Positions 8,677 to 15,684 of a DNA stretch of 15,776 nt are shown here, one piece after another (position 1 is the stretch's first letter; the number at the start of each line of letters is the position of its first letter). The notes under the pieces were generated by a model. That model was given only the letters and a program-made list of their open reading frames with translations. It had not been told where the DNA came from and ran no database searches. Position numbers and translations under genes: made by a program. The DNA comes from an uncultured archaeon (GTDB taxonomy: Archaea; Iainarchaeota; Iainarchaeia; Iainarchaeales; CSSED10-239): positions 1 to 15,776 of the forward strand of contig CAYXWT010000013.1 of the NCBI GenBank assembly GCA_964468895.1, in the 5' to 3' direction.

Positions 8677-8893
8677 GGCAAGTTAATAAATAGTTATTTT
8701 ATTAATATTAAAAAACAATCTTAATTCTAATTAATAAATAATATTAATAAACACAAGAAATATTAAAAAAATAAAAACAATTATAAAAACATAGATTTAC
8801 ATATATATAAAAATATATTTTATATAGTTTATATAATACTTAATTAAGTATATACAATTATTATTAATTAAAAAAATTAAAATTAGATTAAAT

Positions 8894-11221
8894 ATGAAAA
8901 TTGGAAATTACGTTGTTGGAGACTATATGGTTGATGACGAAGCTAACAAAAAAAAATTAGTAATAGATTGTAGAAATTGTCCTTATGGAACATCTATTTC
9001 TGATGATCCAAGATGTAGATTCCATGTTTTAAAATTATTAGAAACTATTGATGCTGATGAAATTATACTTTCAGAAGTATATGAACGAACATATAATGCA
9101 AAACAAACACAATATCTTAAAGAAATTGTAAATCTTTTATTAGATTGGGAAAATAGATCTGTATGGATTGGTTCTCATCTTAATATTGATGATATTGATT
9201 GTGATGAATGTTATAAAGAAAGACATAACAATATTATTAAATTTGCTAAAGACTTATTAAGTTATGATCCTATTGCATCATATTTAAGCTTACTTAAAGA
9301 AATTGAAAATAATAAAATTAGATTAGATCAACAAAAAGGTAAAAATTGTGAAAAATGTTTTGTAGCTAATTTAAAACATTTAATAAAACTAAAAAAAGAA
9401 TTTGAAGGTACTGAATTTATAAAAATTATAAAACCAATATTATTAAAAGAAAAAGATTTAAGTAAACTTAATAATATTTATAAAACAGTTTTTGAAGTAC
9501 AAATAAAACCTGCTTTTATTGGTTCACAACTTTTATTTGGAGATGCAGAAAAACTACAATTAATAGATGAATACACAGTTCTTGGAACTACAGTACAATT
9601 ATTTAAACATCCAGAAAAAATAGAATTCATTTACTATATTAATCCTCCAGAGTACACTCTTACTCCTAATTTATATTTTATATTATCTAAAACTAAAGAA
9701 ACAGTAGCTAACTACCAACCAGGAAAAGTTACTCTTACTAGTGGAAGTGGAACTAGAAAATATTTTCAAAGAATTTATAGAAGTACTATTTCTGATATAG
9801 CTAGAAGATATAGACTTAATATAACTCCTGATGATATAAATATGCTTTCTGAAATTGTAACTAGATATACTATAGGTTACGGTATTTTAGAATTACTACT
9901 TTCAGATAAAAGAATTACAGATATATTTATTGATTCACCAATAGGATCTAAACCAATATATTTAACACACTCACAATATGGTCAATGTCAAACAAACATA
10001 TTATATACAGAAAAAGAAGCAGAAAGTTTTGTAGGAAAACTTAGAGCTATGTCTGGAAGACCATTTGATGATGCTCACCCAATTTTAGATTATGATATTG
10101 CAGATGTAAATACAAGAGTGAATGTTATTGGTAGACCAATGGCAACAGATGGTATTGCTTTTGCTTTTAGAATACATAAAGAAACACCATGGACTCTTCC
10201 ACAATTAATAAATGTAAAATCATTAAATCCACTAGCAGCAGGATTATTAAGTTTTTTCATAGATAATAACTCAACAATACTAGTTGCAGGAAGTAGAGGT
10301 GCAGGAAAAACATCACTTATGACTGCTTTAATACTTGAAATACTTCAAAATGCAAGAATTATCATTCAAGAAGATACTTTAGAACTACCTGTAATGTATA
10401 TGAAAGATATTGGTTTTAATATTCAAAGATTAAAAACAAGATCAGCAATAGGTGCTGATGATTCTAGTTCAGAAGTATCTCCAGCTGATGCATTAAGAAC
10501 AGCATTAAGATTAGGAGATTCTGCAATAATAGTTGGCGAAGTTAGAAGTGTTGAAGCAAAAGTACTTTACGAAGCTATGAGAGTTGGAGCCGCTGGTAAT
10601 GTAGTTATGGGTACCATACATGCTGATAGTGCCTACTCTGTTTGGGATAGAGTTGTAAATGATCTTGAAGTTCCAACAACTTCATTTAAAGCAACTGATA
10701 TTGTAATAGTTGCTAAACCTATTAGATTTAAAGGATCATTAAAAAGATATAGAAGAGTAACTCAAATAACAGAAGTTAAAAAACATTGGAATAAAGATCC
10801 AGATGCAGAAGGTGGATTATTAGATCTTATGACTTATGAAGCTGACAAAGATTCATTAATATTAAATGAAGATGCTCTTAAAGATTCTGAACTTTTTACT
10901 AAAATTTGTACACTTTCTGGAATGGGTATAGAAGAAGTATGGGATAATATTAAACTACTAGCCAATGAAAAAGAACTAGAAGTAGAACTAGCTAATAAAG
11001 AACAAGTTTTAGAAATACTTGAAGCAGAAAACACAACACAAGCACATAACAAATTAATTTTAATGAAAGAAGAATATATTGAAGAAAATGGAAAAGTAAA
11101 TTATATTGAACTTTTTGAAAATTGGAAAACTTGGTATAAAGACAGTTTTGTTCCAAGGCTTGTGAAAAAATATAAAAACGATGCTAAAGAAAACAAAGAA
11201 AAAGATGATGAATTTAGTTAA
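8894..11221 (+). CDS. Type II/IV secretion-family ATPase (archaeal FlaI/ArlI / VirB11 / PilB-like) with long Cys-rich N-terminal region and charged C-terminal tail
   Basis: The product is 775 aa. It has Walker A (GSRGAGKTS), an Asp box (IIIQEDTLEL), Walker B (DSAIIVGEVRSVEA) and a His box (VVMGTIHADSA). The N-terminus carries CRNCPYG-x-CRFH, CDECYKERH and CEKCF clusters. The C-terminal ~130 aa are rich in E and K. Confidence 0.85.
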   Translation: MKIGNYVVGDYMVDDEANKKKLVIDCRNCPYGTSISDDPRCRFHVLKLLETIDADEIILSEVYERTYNAKQTQYLKEIVNLLLDWENRSVWIGSHLNIDDIDCDECYKERHNNIIKFAKDLLSYDPIASYLSLLKEIENNKIRLDQQKGKNCEKCFVANLKHLIKLKKEFEGTEFIKIIKPILLKEKDLSKLNNIYKTVFEVQIKPAFIGSQLLFGDAEKLQLIDEYTVLGTTVQLFKHPEKIEFIYYINPPEYTLTPNLYFILSKTKETVANYQPGKVTLTSGSGTRKYFQRIYRSTISDIARRYRLNITPDDINMLSEIVTRYTIGYGILELLLSDKRITDIFIDSPIGSKPIYLTHSQYGQCQTNILYTEKEAESFVGKLRAMSGRPFDDAHPILDYDIADVNTRVNVIGRPMATDGIAFAFRIHKETPWTLPQLINVKSLNPLAAGLLSFFIDNNSTILVAGSRGAGKTSLMTALILEILQNARIIIQEDTLELPVMYMKDIGFNIQRLKTRSAIGADDSSSEVSPADALRTALRLGDSAIIVGEVRSVEAKVLYEAMRVGAAGNVVMGTIHADSAYSVWDRVVNDLEVPTTSFKATDIVIVAKPIRFKGSLKRYRRVTQITEVKKHWNKDPDAEGGLLDLMTYEADKDSLILNEDALKDSELFTKICTLSGMGIEEVWDNIKLLANEKELEVELANKEQVLEILEAENTTQAHNKLILMKEEYIEENGKVNYIELFENWKTWYKDSFVPRLVKKYKNDAKENKEKDDEFS

Positions 11222-11244
11222 AGATAAATTATTAACTAAAATCA

Positions 11245-12480
11245 TCAAATACTATTTATTAAAGCAAAAATATAAAATGGAATAATTAAACAACCATTTT
11301 CTAATTTAAGATCTAAAAAATCACCAACAGATATAACATCTGTTTTTACTTTCTTTTTAGCACCAATTTCAAATTTGATATTATTCACTAAATAGTCAAA
11401 ACCATTTTGCTTATAGTTATAAGCAAAATTAATATTTAAATTAGATAATATAAGTCCAAACATATCTTCTCTAGAAAAACCTTTAACTTTATCTAAATTT
11501 ATTTCATTTAAAGAAGACCTAATAACAGGAGCTGTAAATAGTATTTTTTTATTAGTTCTTAGTTCTCTGCCAGGAACTAAATCAGAAACAACTTTTAAAA
11601 GTTCTGCTTTTTCCAAAAGTGAGATTATTTTAATTACTAGATCTTTTTTTAAATTTAAATTTCTAGAAATATTTGAATAATTTATTTTTTCAGAACTGGC
11701 TAGAAATCTAGTTATCAAATCTATATTTTTTAAATTATCTGAAAATAAAGAGCTTATCATAGGAATATCTTTATAAATTACTTTTTCAATCAATTGTAGG
11801 GTTTTTTGTTTTTGATTTTCTTCTCCTAATATAAAAGGTAATTGATTTTCAAAATAAGAATTATAATAATTAAATATTTCTTTTGGCAAAATATCTTTAA
11901 AATTTAATAATTCTAAAAACAGTTTGTTTTTATCTTTTTCTAAAAACAAATTAAAATTTAAGTCTTCTTTTATAACAATATTAAACTTTATTTTTAAAAA
12001 TTCTCTAAAAGATAAGGGTTTTAAAACATATAAATCTAATCTTCTAAATAAATCTTGTGATATTTCTTTTAATTGAACAGCTGAAGATCCAGAAATAATA
12101 TATAAAATATTTTGATTAGAATCAGCTTCTATTTTAAGAAGATTTTGCCAATTAGATAAATATAAAATTTCATCAACAATTATTATTTTTTTATTAAAAT
12201 TTCTTGTAAATTCACTAATATTATCTAAACCAATATTTTTTAGTTTTAAAAAATCACCACTAGTATAAATTACATCTTGTTGTTTAGCAATAGTTTTTAA
12301 TATTGTAGTTTTTCCTGTACCTCTAAGACCAGTTAAAAGAATTATATTTAAACCTTTATTTTTTTTAAAAGAATTTATTTTTCTATTAATATCAATATAT
12401 AAATCTCTTTGAGATAATAAAGCACCTTCTAAATTAATTTTATTAAAATCTTGTAAAAGTTTAATTTTATAAGCATCCAT
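11245..12480 (-). CDS. AAA+ ATPase of the COG1373 / DUF4143 type
   Basis: It has Walker A (TGLRGTGKTT), Walker B (IIIVDEILY), a GSS motif (IISGSSAVQL) and LKPLSFREFL. The C-terminal FDYLV..FEIGAKK..IIPFYIFAL resembles the family's EvDF..iEvK..viPlw.fL ending. Confidence 0.75.
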   Translation of the reverse strand: MDAYKIKLLQDFNKINLEGALLSQRDLYIDINRKINSFKKNKGLNIILLTGLRGTGKTTILKTIAKQQDVIYTSGDFLKLKNIGLDNISEFTRNFNKKIIIVDEILYLSNWQNLLKIEADSNQNILYIISGSSAVQLKEISQDLFRRLDLYVLKPLSFREFLKIKFNIVIKEDLNFNLFLEKDKNKLFLELLNFKDILPKEIFNYYNSYFENQLPFILGEENQKQKTLQLIEKVIYKDIPMISSLFSDNLKNIDLITRFLASSEKINYSNISRNLNLKKDLVIKIISLLEKAELLKVVSDLVPGRELRTNKKILFTAPVIRSSLNEINLDKVKGFSREDMFGLILSNLNINFAYNYKQNGFDYLVNNIKFEIGAKKKVKTDVISVGDFLDLKLENGCLIIPFYIFALINSI

Positions 12481-12514
12481 AAATAATATAAGTTATAGAA
12501 ATAATTATAAGTAT

Positions 12515-12562
12515 GGTGGTTGCAACCGCCAAAAAGCATTAACTTTGAAGGTTGTAGCCGTC
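12515..12562. repeat. Two GC-rich related elements 32 nt apart; the first is a near-perfect 16-bp palindrome
   Basis: GGTGGTTGCAACCGCC at 12515-12530 is palindromic except for one T/G position. A degenerate copy, GAAGGTTGTAGCCGTC, lies at 12547-12562. Both are followed by A5-6(G/A)CA. They sit just upstream of the minus-strand ATPase start at 12480. Confidence 0.5.
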
Positions 12563-12637
12563 AAAAAACAATTTTTTGAAATTATTTAAAAAATTCAAAG
12601 ATTTAAAATAAGTAAATCCTTATTTACAAAAAATATT

Positions 12638-12665
12638 TAAAGGGGGGTCAATTTATCCCCCTTTA
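12638..12665. other. GC-rich stem-loop (TAAAGGGGG / CCCCCTTTA, ~10-nt loop) in a divergent-promoter spacer
   Basis: TAAAGGGGG at 12638-12646 pairs perfectly with CCCCCTTTA at 12657-12665. G6 and C5 runs are conspicuous in this AT-rich window. Both flanking genes point away, so no terminator is needed here. Confidence 0.5.
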
Positions 12666-12732
12666 GTTTAGAGTTTGATACTATTAGTAGTATACAAATG
12701 ATTCAATGTTAGGATACATATAAATTCTAAAT

Positions 12733-12817
12733 TCTTGTTGATTTTATAACAACAAGATATAATTTATTGTAATTGGCAGTTACAATATTTAAAGAAAGTT
12801 GTAATTAACAATTACAA
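12733..12817. promoter_or_regulatory. Cluster of three inverted repeats upstream of the plus-strand COG1373-type ATPase; candidate operators
   Basis: The first is TCTTGTTG-N9-CAACAAGA at 12733-12757. The second is TATTGTAA-N7-TTACAATA at 12765-12787. The third is TTGTAATT-N3-AATTACAA at 12799-12817. The last two share the TTGTAA/TTACAA half-site. All lie 30-115 nt upstream of the ATG at 12847. Confidence 0.4.
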
Positions 12818-12846
12818 TTAAAAACCCTTCTATATAATAATTTATT

Positions 12847-14037
12847 ATGATAGAAACAAAAAACGAAATTTCTGACACTTTAAAAGTTATGAACCCATGG
12901 TGGGATAATAAATATAAAACAACATTTATTCCTAGAGAAAAATATCTAGAACCATTACAAAAATCCTTAAACAAAAAGCTAATTACAATAATTACAGGTA
13001 TAAGAAGAGTTGGGAAAACTACAACTATAAAGACATTTATTGAAAGACTAATTAATAAACAACATATTTCTCAAAAAAAAATATTTTATGTAACATTAGA
13101 TCATTATCTTTTTAAAAAAATAAATCTTTTTGAAATTATTAAAGAGTTTAGAAAAATTAATAATTTAAAAAGAACAGAAAAAATATATTTGTTTTTAGAT
13201 GAAATAACATATCAAGATGAATTTCAACAGCAGATTAAAAATATTTTTGATATTGAAAATGTAAAATTATATGTATCCTCTTCATCATCTAATGTTTTAA
13301 AAGATAAAAAAGCATTTACAACTGGAAGAACAAATTTAATTGAAATGATGCCACTTGATTTTAAAGAATTTTTAATATTTAATAAAATAGATTACAAAAG
13401 TACAGATAGCTATTTATTAGAAAAATATTATGAAAAACATTTAAAATTAGGGGGTATTCCTCAATATGTTTTAACAAAGGATCCTGAAGTTATTACAGGA
13501 TTAGTTTCAGACATAATTGAAAAAGATATAAAACAAGCATATAAATTAAAAGGAAATGTTATTGATGATTTATTTTTACTCTTATGTAACAGAGTTGGGA
13601 AAAGAATAAGTTATAACAAACTTTCTAGAGTATTAAATTCTAATCATAACACAATAAAAGAATATATAGAATATTTTAAGAAAACATATTTATTTTACAC
13701 TATTGGAAAATATTCTAAAAGTTCAAATGAAACAGCAACATCCTCAAAGAAAGTATATGTAGGAGATATTGCTATAAGGAATATTAGTATAGGTATTAAA
13801 CAAAAAGGAATATTACATGAAAACCTTGTATTTTTAGAAATTGTAAAAAAAAAACCAAGCTATTATTTAAAAAATAATATTGAATTAGATTTTGCATATA
13901 AAAATAATTTGATAGAAGCAAAATATAATAATTACTTAAATGAAAAACAAGAAAAGCTTTTCAAAGAATTAAAATTTAAAAATAAATCAATTGCTGATGG
14001 TTATAATTTCTTTATAGATGATATTAAATTAAAATGA
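12847..14037 (+). CDS. AAA+ ATPase of the COG1373 / DUF4143 type (paralog of 11245..12480)
   Basis: It has Walker A (TGIRRVGKTT), Walker B (YLFLDEITY), MMPLDFKEFL and LKLGGIPQY. The C-terminal ELDFAYKNNLIEAKY has a D/E...E.K pattern like a PD-(D/E)xK nuclease-type patch. Confidence 0.8.
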   Translation: MIETKNEISDTLKVMNPWWDNKYKTTFIPREKYLEPLQKSLNKKLITIITGIRRVGKTTTIKTFIERLINKQHISQKKIFYVTLDHYLFKKINLFEIIKEFRKINNLKRTEKIYLFLDEITYQDEFQQQIKNIFDIENVKLYVSSSSSNVLKDKKAFTTGRTNLIEMMPLDFKEFLIFNKIDYKSTDSYLLEKYYEKHLKLGGIPQYVLTKDPEVITGLVSDIIEKDIKQAYKLKGNVIDDLFLLLCNRVGKRISYNKLSRVLNSNHNTIKEYIEYFKKTYLFYTIGKYSKSSNETATSSKKVYVGDIAIRNISIGIKQKGILHENLVFLEIVKKKPSYYLKNNIELDFAYKNNLIEAKYNNYLNEKQEKLFKELKFKNKSIADGYNFFIDDIKLK

Positions 14038-14093
14038 TTATTTAAAATATAATTTGATAATATCTTTTAGTTTATAAACAACTATACCTTCTA

Positions 14094-14106
14094 TTTTATT
14101 TTTTTT
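14094..14106 (+). terminator. Oligo-T tract (T4-A-T8), candidate archaeal terminator for the plus-strand ATPase gene
   Basis: TTTTATTTTTTTT lies 57 nt after the stop at 14037. On the other strand a T6 run (14119-14124) directly follows the Bro-N gene stop. Confidence 0.3.
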
Positions 14107-14125
14107 ATTATAACCCACAAAAAAC

Positions 14126-14665
14126 TTATTTACTAATTTCTAAAGTTAGTATAGAATATTCTTTATTAGTATTAACACTTCTTTCTTTCCATTCATCAGT
14201 TAATTCATCTCTAATAATAATACCTCTAACTCTTTTTTCAATCCAAGATTCTGAATATCCTTTTTGTAAATAAGTATTCATAGCTCGTTCAATTGCAAGT
14301 TCAGGATCATACATTTCATTAATTCTTTCATTTCCAACTTTTGCTAACCAAATTTTGAAAGGTTCAACTTTTTTTGAAGGAATTGATTGAATTAATCTTA
14401 ATATTTGTTCTGTAGTTCCTGTATCAGTAAGTCTCATTTTTCCATCAAGAGAACGCATTTTCAAAGTGTGACAATTTGTCACGGTTTGATTTCCCTCTTC
14501 TTTTAACCTTTGCTTTAATTTTCTCCAATAAGCATTAGAATCAACACTCCTAGTTAATGTTTTTATAACATCAACTATAGAAAAATACCACTCTTCTTTA
14601 TCTTCATCCCAAACAACACGTATTTTCTTATTTTCAAATAATTTAATTGATTTTTTACTAATCAT
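14126..14665 (-). CDS. Bro-N domain protein (bacterial/phage antirepressor / DinD-like family), apparently C-terminally truncated
   Basis: The N-terminus FENKKIRVVWDEDKEEWYFSIVDVIKTL is the Bro-N signature. The middle section (FKIWLAKVGNERINEMYDPELAIERAMNTYLQKGYSESWI, DELTDEWKER) matches a widespread bacterial Bro-N family. I recall that family continuing about 80-90 aa past ...EYAILTNEISK, whereas this ORF stops at LTLEISK. GGTGAT lies 7 nt before the ATG. Confidence 0.7.
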   Translation of the reverse strand: MISKKSIKLFENKKIRVVWDEDKEEWYFSIVDVIKTLTRSVDSNAYWRKLKQRLKEEGNQTVTNCHTLKMRSLDGKMRLTDTGTTEQILRLIQSIPSKKVEPFKIWLAKVGNERINEMYDPELAIERAMNTYLQKGYSESWIEKRVRGIIIRDELTDEWKERSVNTNKEYSILTLEISK

Positions 14666-14708
14666 AAATAATCACCATATATACTATAGAATTTGATTTA
14701 TATATTCT

Positions 14709-14737
14709 TTTCGAAAGAGTAGATGGCCTTAGCAAAA
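14709..14737. repeat. Copy 1 of a 29-nt direct repeat (upstream of the Bro-N gene, 3 nt after the ORF6N gene stop)
   Basis: TTTCGAAAGAGTAGATGGCCTTAGCAAAA. The 19-nt core GTAGATGGCCTTAGCAAAA at 14719-14737 is identical to 15695-15713. Confidence 0.9.
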
Positions 14738-14740
14738 TAA

Positions 14741-15667
14741 TTATTTATTTAACTTTTCTAAAATATTATTAATATCTATATCTAATTTACAAAAAGCAAA
14801 CCACTTTTTACCTAAATCTTTAAGAGACGCTCCTATATGATAAATTTCATTATTATCAATAATTAGAAATCTATCATGAGACTTATTAAATTCTTTTATT
14901 TTAATAGTTTTATATTGGGTGTTATATTTTTTCAAATCTAAAGATAGTTGTTTAGTAATATTTTTAGTATAAATTATAACATTTACATCTTTTTTTGTTT
15001 TTGTAAAAAAAGTAAGTACAGAATCATCTATATAGTTGTCTATTAAAATAATAGATTTATTTGCACCTTTTATTAAATCTGAAATAAATTTATAAGCATC
15101 AAACACCTGTCCATCAAAAAATATACCTTTATTAGGTATAATATCTTTACTTTCTATAGCATTAAATAATTCTTTAAATTTGGACTCATTTTCTATTTTA
15201 CACTCTAATTGTTTTTTTTCAATAATAGTTAATCTTTGAAACACTTCTAAATTAGAAGAAATAAATCTCCTCATAGAAACAAATGCATTTATTATTTGAA
15301 CACTTATATTTATAGCAGTTTTACTATTTAAAACTCCAGAAAGCATAGCCACCCCTTGTTCTGTAAAAACATAAGGTAAATATCTTCTACCACCATACTT
15401 TTTAGACACAACATCAAATCTTGAGGTCGCAATTTGCGACCTCAAGTAATTACATTCTTTCTGAGTCAATCTAAACATAAAAGATATTGGAAATCTATTT
15501 ATATTTCTTTTAACTTGTTCATTTAACCTTTTTGTTGAAACACCATAAAACAAAGATAAATCTTCATCTAACATTACTTGTAAACCACGAATAGTATAAA
15601 TCTTATTTTTAACATAATCTTCTTTTAAGATAAGAGATTTACTTTTATCCATATATAAAATATACAT
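14741..15667 (-). CDS. ORF6N (KilA-N-related) DNA-binding domain protein with coiled-coil linker and PLD/HKD-like C-terminal domain
   Basis: The N-terminus is the ORF6N pattern: IYTIRGLQVMLDEDLSLFYGVSTKRLNEQVKRNINRFPISFMFRLT...LRSQIATS...GGRRYLPYVFTEQGVAMLSGVL. The C-terminus SHDRFLIIDNNEIYHIGASLKDLGKKWFAF contains H-x-R-x4-D, an HKD-like signature with K replaced by R. An alternative ATG lies at 15652 (MDKSKS...). Confidence 0.75.
   Translation of the reverse strand: MYILYMDKSKSLILKEDYVKNKIYTIRGLQVMLDEDLSLFYGVSTKRLNEQVKRNINRFPISFMFRLTQKECNYLRSQIATSRFDVVSKKYGGRRYLPYVFTEQGVAMLSGVLNSKTAINISVQIINAFVSMRRFISSNLEVFQRLTIIEKKQLECKIENESKFKELFNAIESKDIIPNKGIFFDGQVFDAYKFISDLIKGANKSIILIDNYIDDSVLTFFTKTKKDVNVIIYTKNITKQLSLDLKKYNTQYKTIKIKEFNKSHDRFLIIDNNEIYHIGASLKDLGKKWFAFCKLDIDINNILEKLNK
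15420..15446. repeat. Perfect 11-bp inverted repeat (CTTGAGGTCGC-N5-GCGACCTCAAG) inside the ORF6N coding sequence
   Basis: Read directly from the sequence. It encodes L-R-S-Q-I-A-T-S-R using TTG, AGG, TCG, GCG and ACC. These codons are otherwise rare in this window, where TTA, AGA and A/T-ending codons dominate. Confidence 0.9.
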
Positions 15668-15684
15668 TTAAAAACCAGTGTTAA

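Noticed and set aside
8631-8681. 17-aa N-terminal extension of the 45-aa antitoxin-like ORF
   Set aside because: It starts at a TTG, encodes an aromatic low-complexity leader (MPLIPFYTYLYLYYLRF), and coincides with the ACTTAT promoter repeats.
8836-8851. Perfect 16-bp palindrome ATACTTAATTAAGTAT, 43 nt upstream of the secretion ATPase start
   Set aside because: It consists almost entirely of A/T. About one perfect palindrome of this length is expected by chance in a window with this composition. It could be an operator, but the sequence alone does not support that.
10834-11248. Two minus-strand ORFs (72 aa, Ser-rich; 62 aa, Phe/Ile-rich)
   Set aside because: Both are antisense to the 3' part of the secretion ATPase gene. 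Their extreme low-complexity composition mirrors the E/K-rich sense strand.
12515-12530. tRNA T-arm-like element (GGTGG-TTGCAAC-CCGCC) as a possible tRNA fragment or att site
   Set aside because: The loop lacks the TTC(R)A consensus, having G where C56 is expected. No acceptor, D or anticodon arms can be built around it. No integrase is nearby.
12515-12570. Possible mini-CRISPR (two related ~16-nt GC-rich units 32 nt apart)
   Set aside because: There are only two units, they are imperfect (about 70% identical) and shorter than CRISPR repeats, and there are no cas genes. This is not an array.
12789-12974. 61-aa minus-strand ORF across the start of the plus-strand ATPase gene
   Set aside because: It is antisense to a gene with clear Walker motifs and runs through the inverted-repeat promoter region. 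It has no motifs and no plausible start context.
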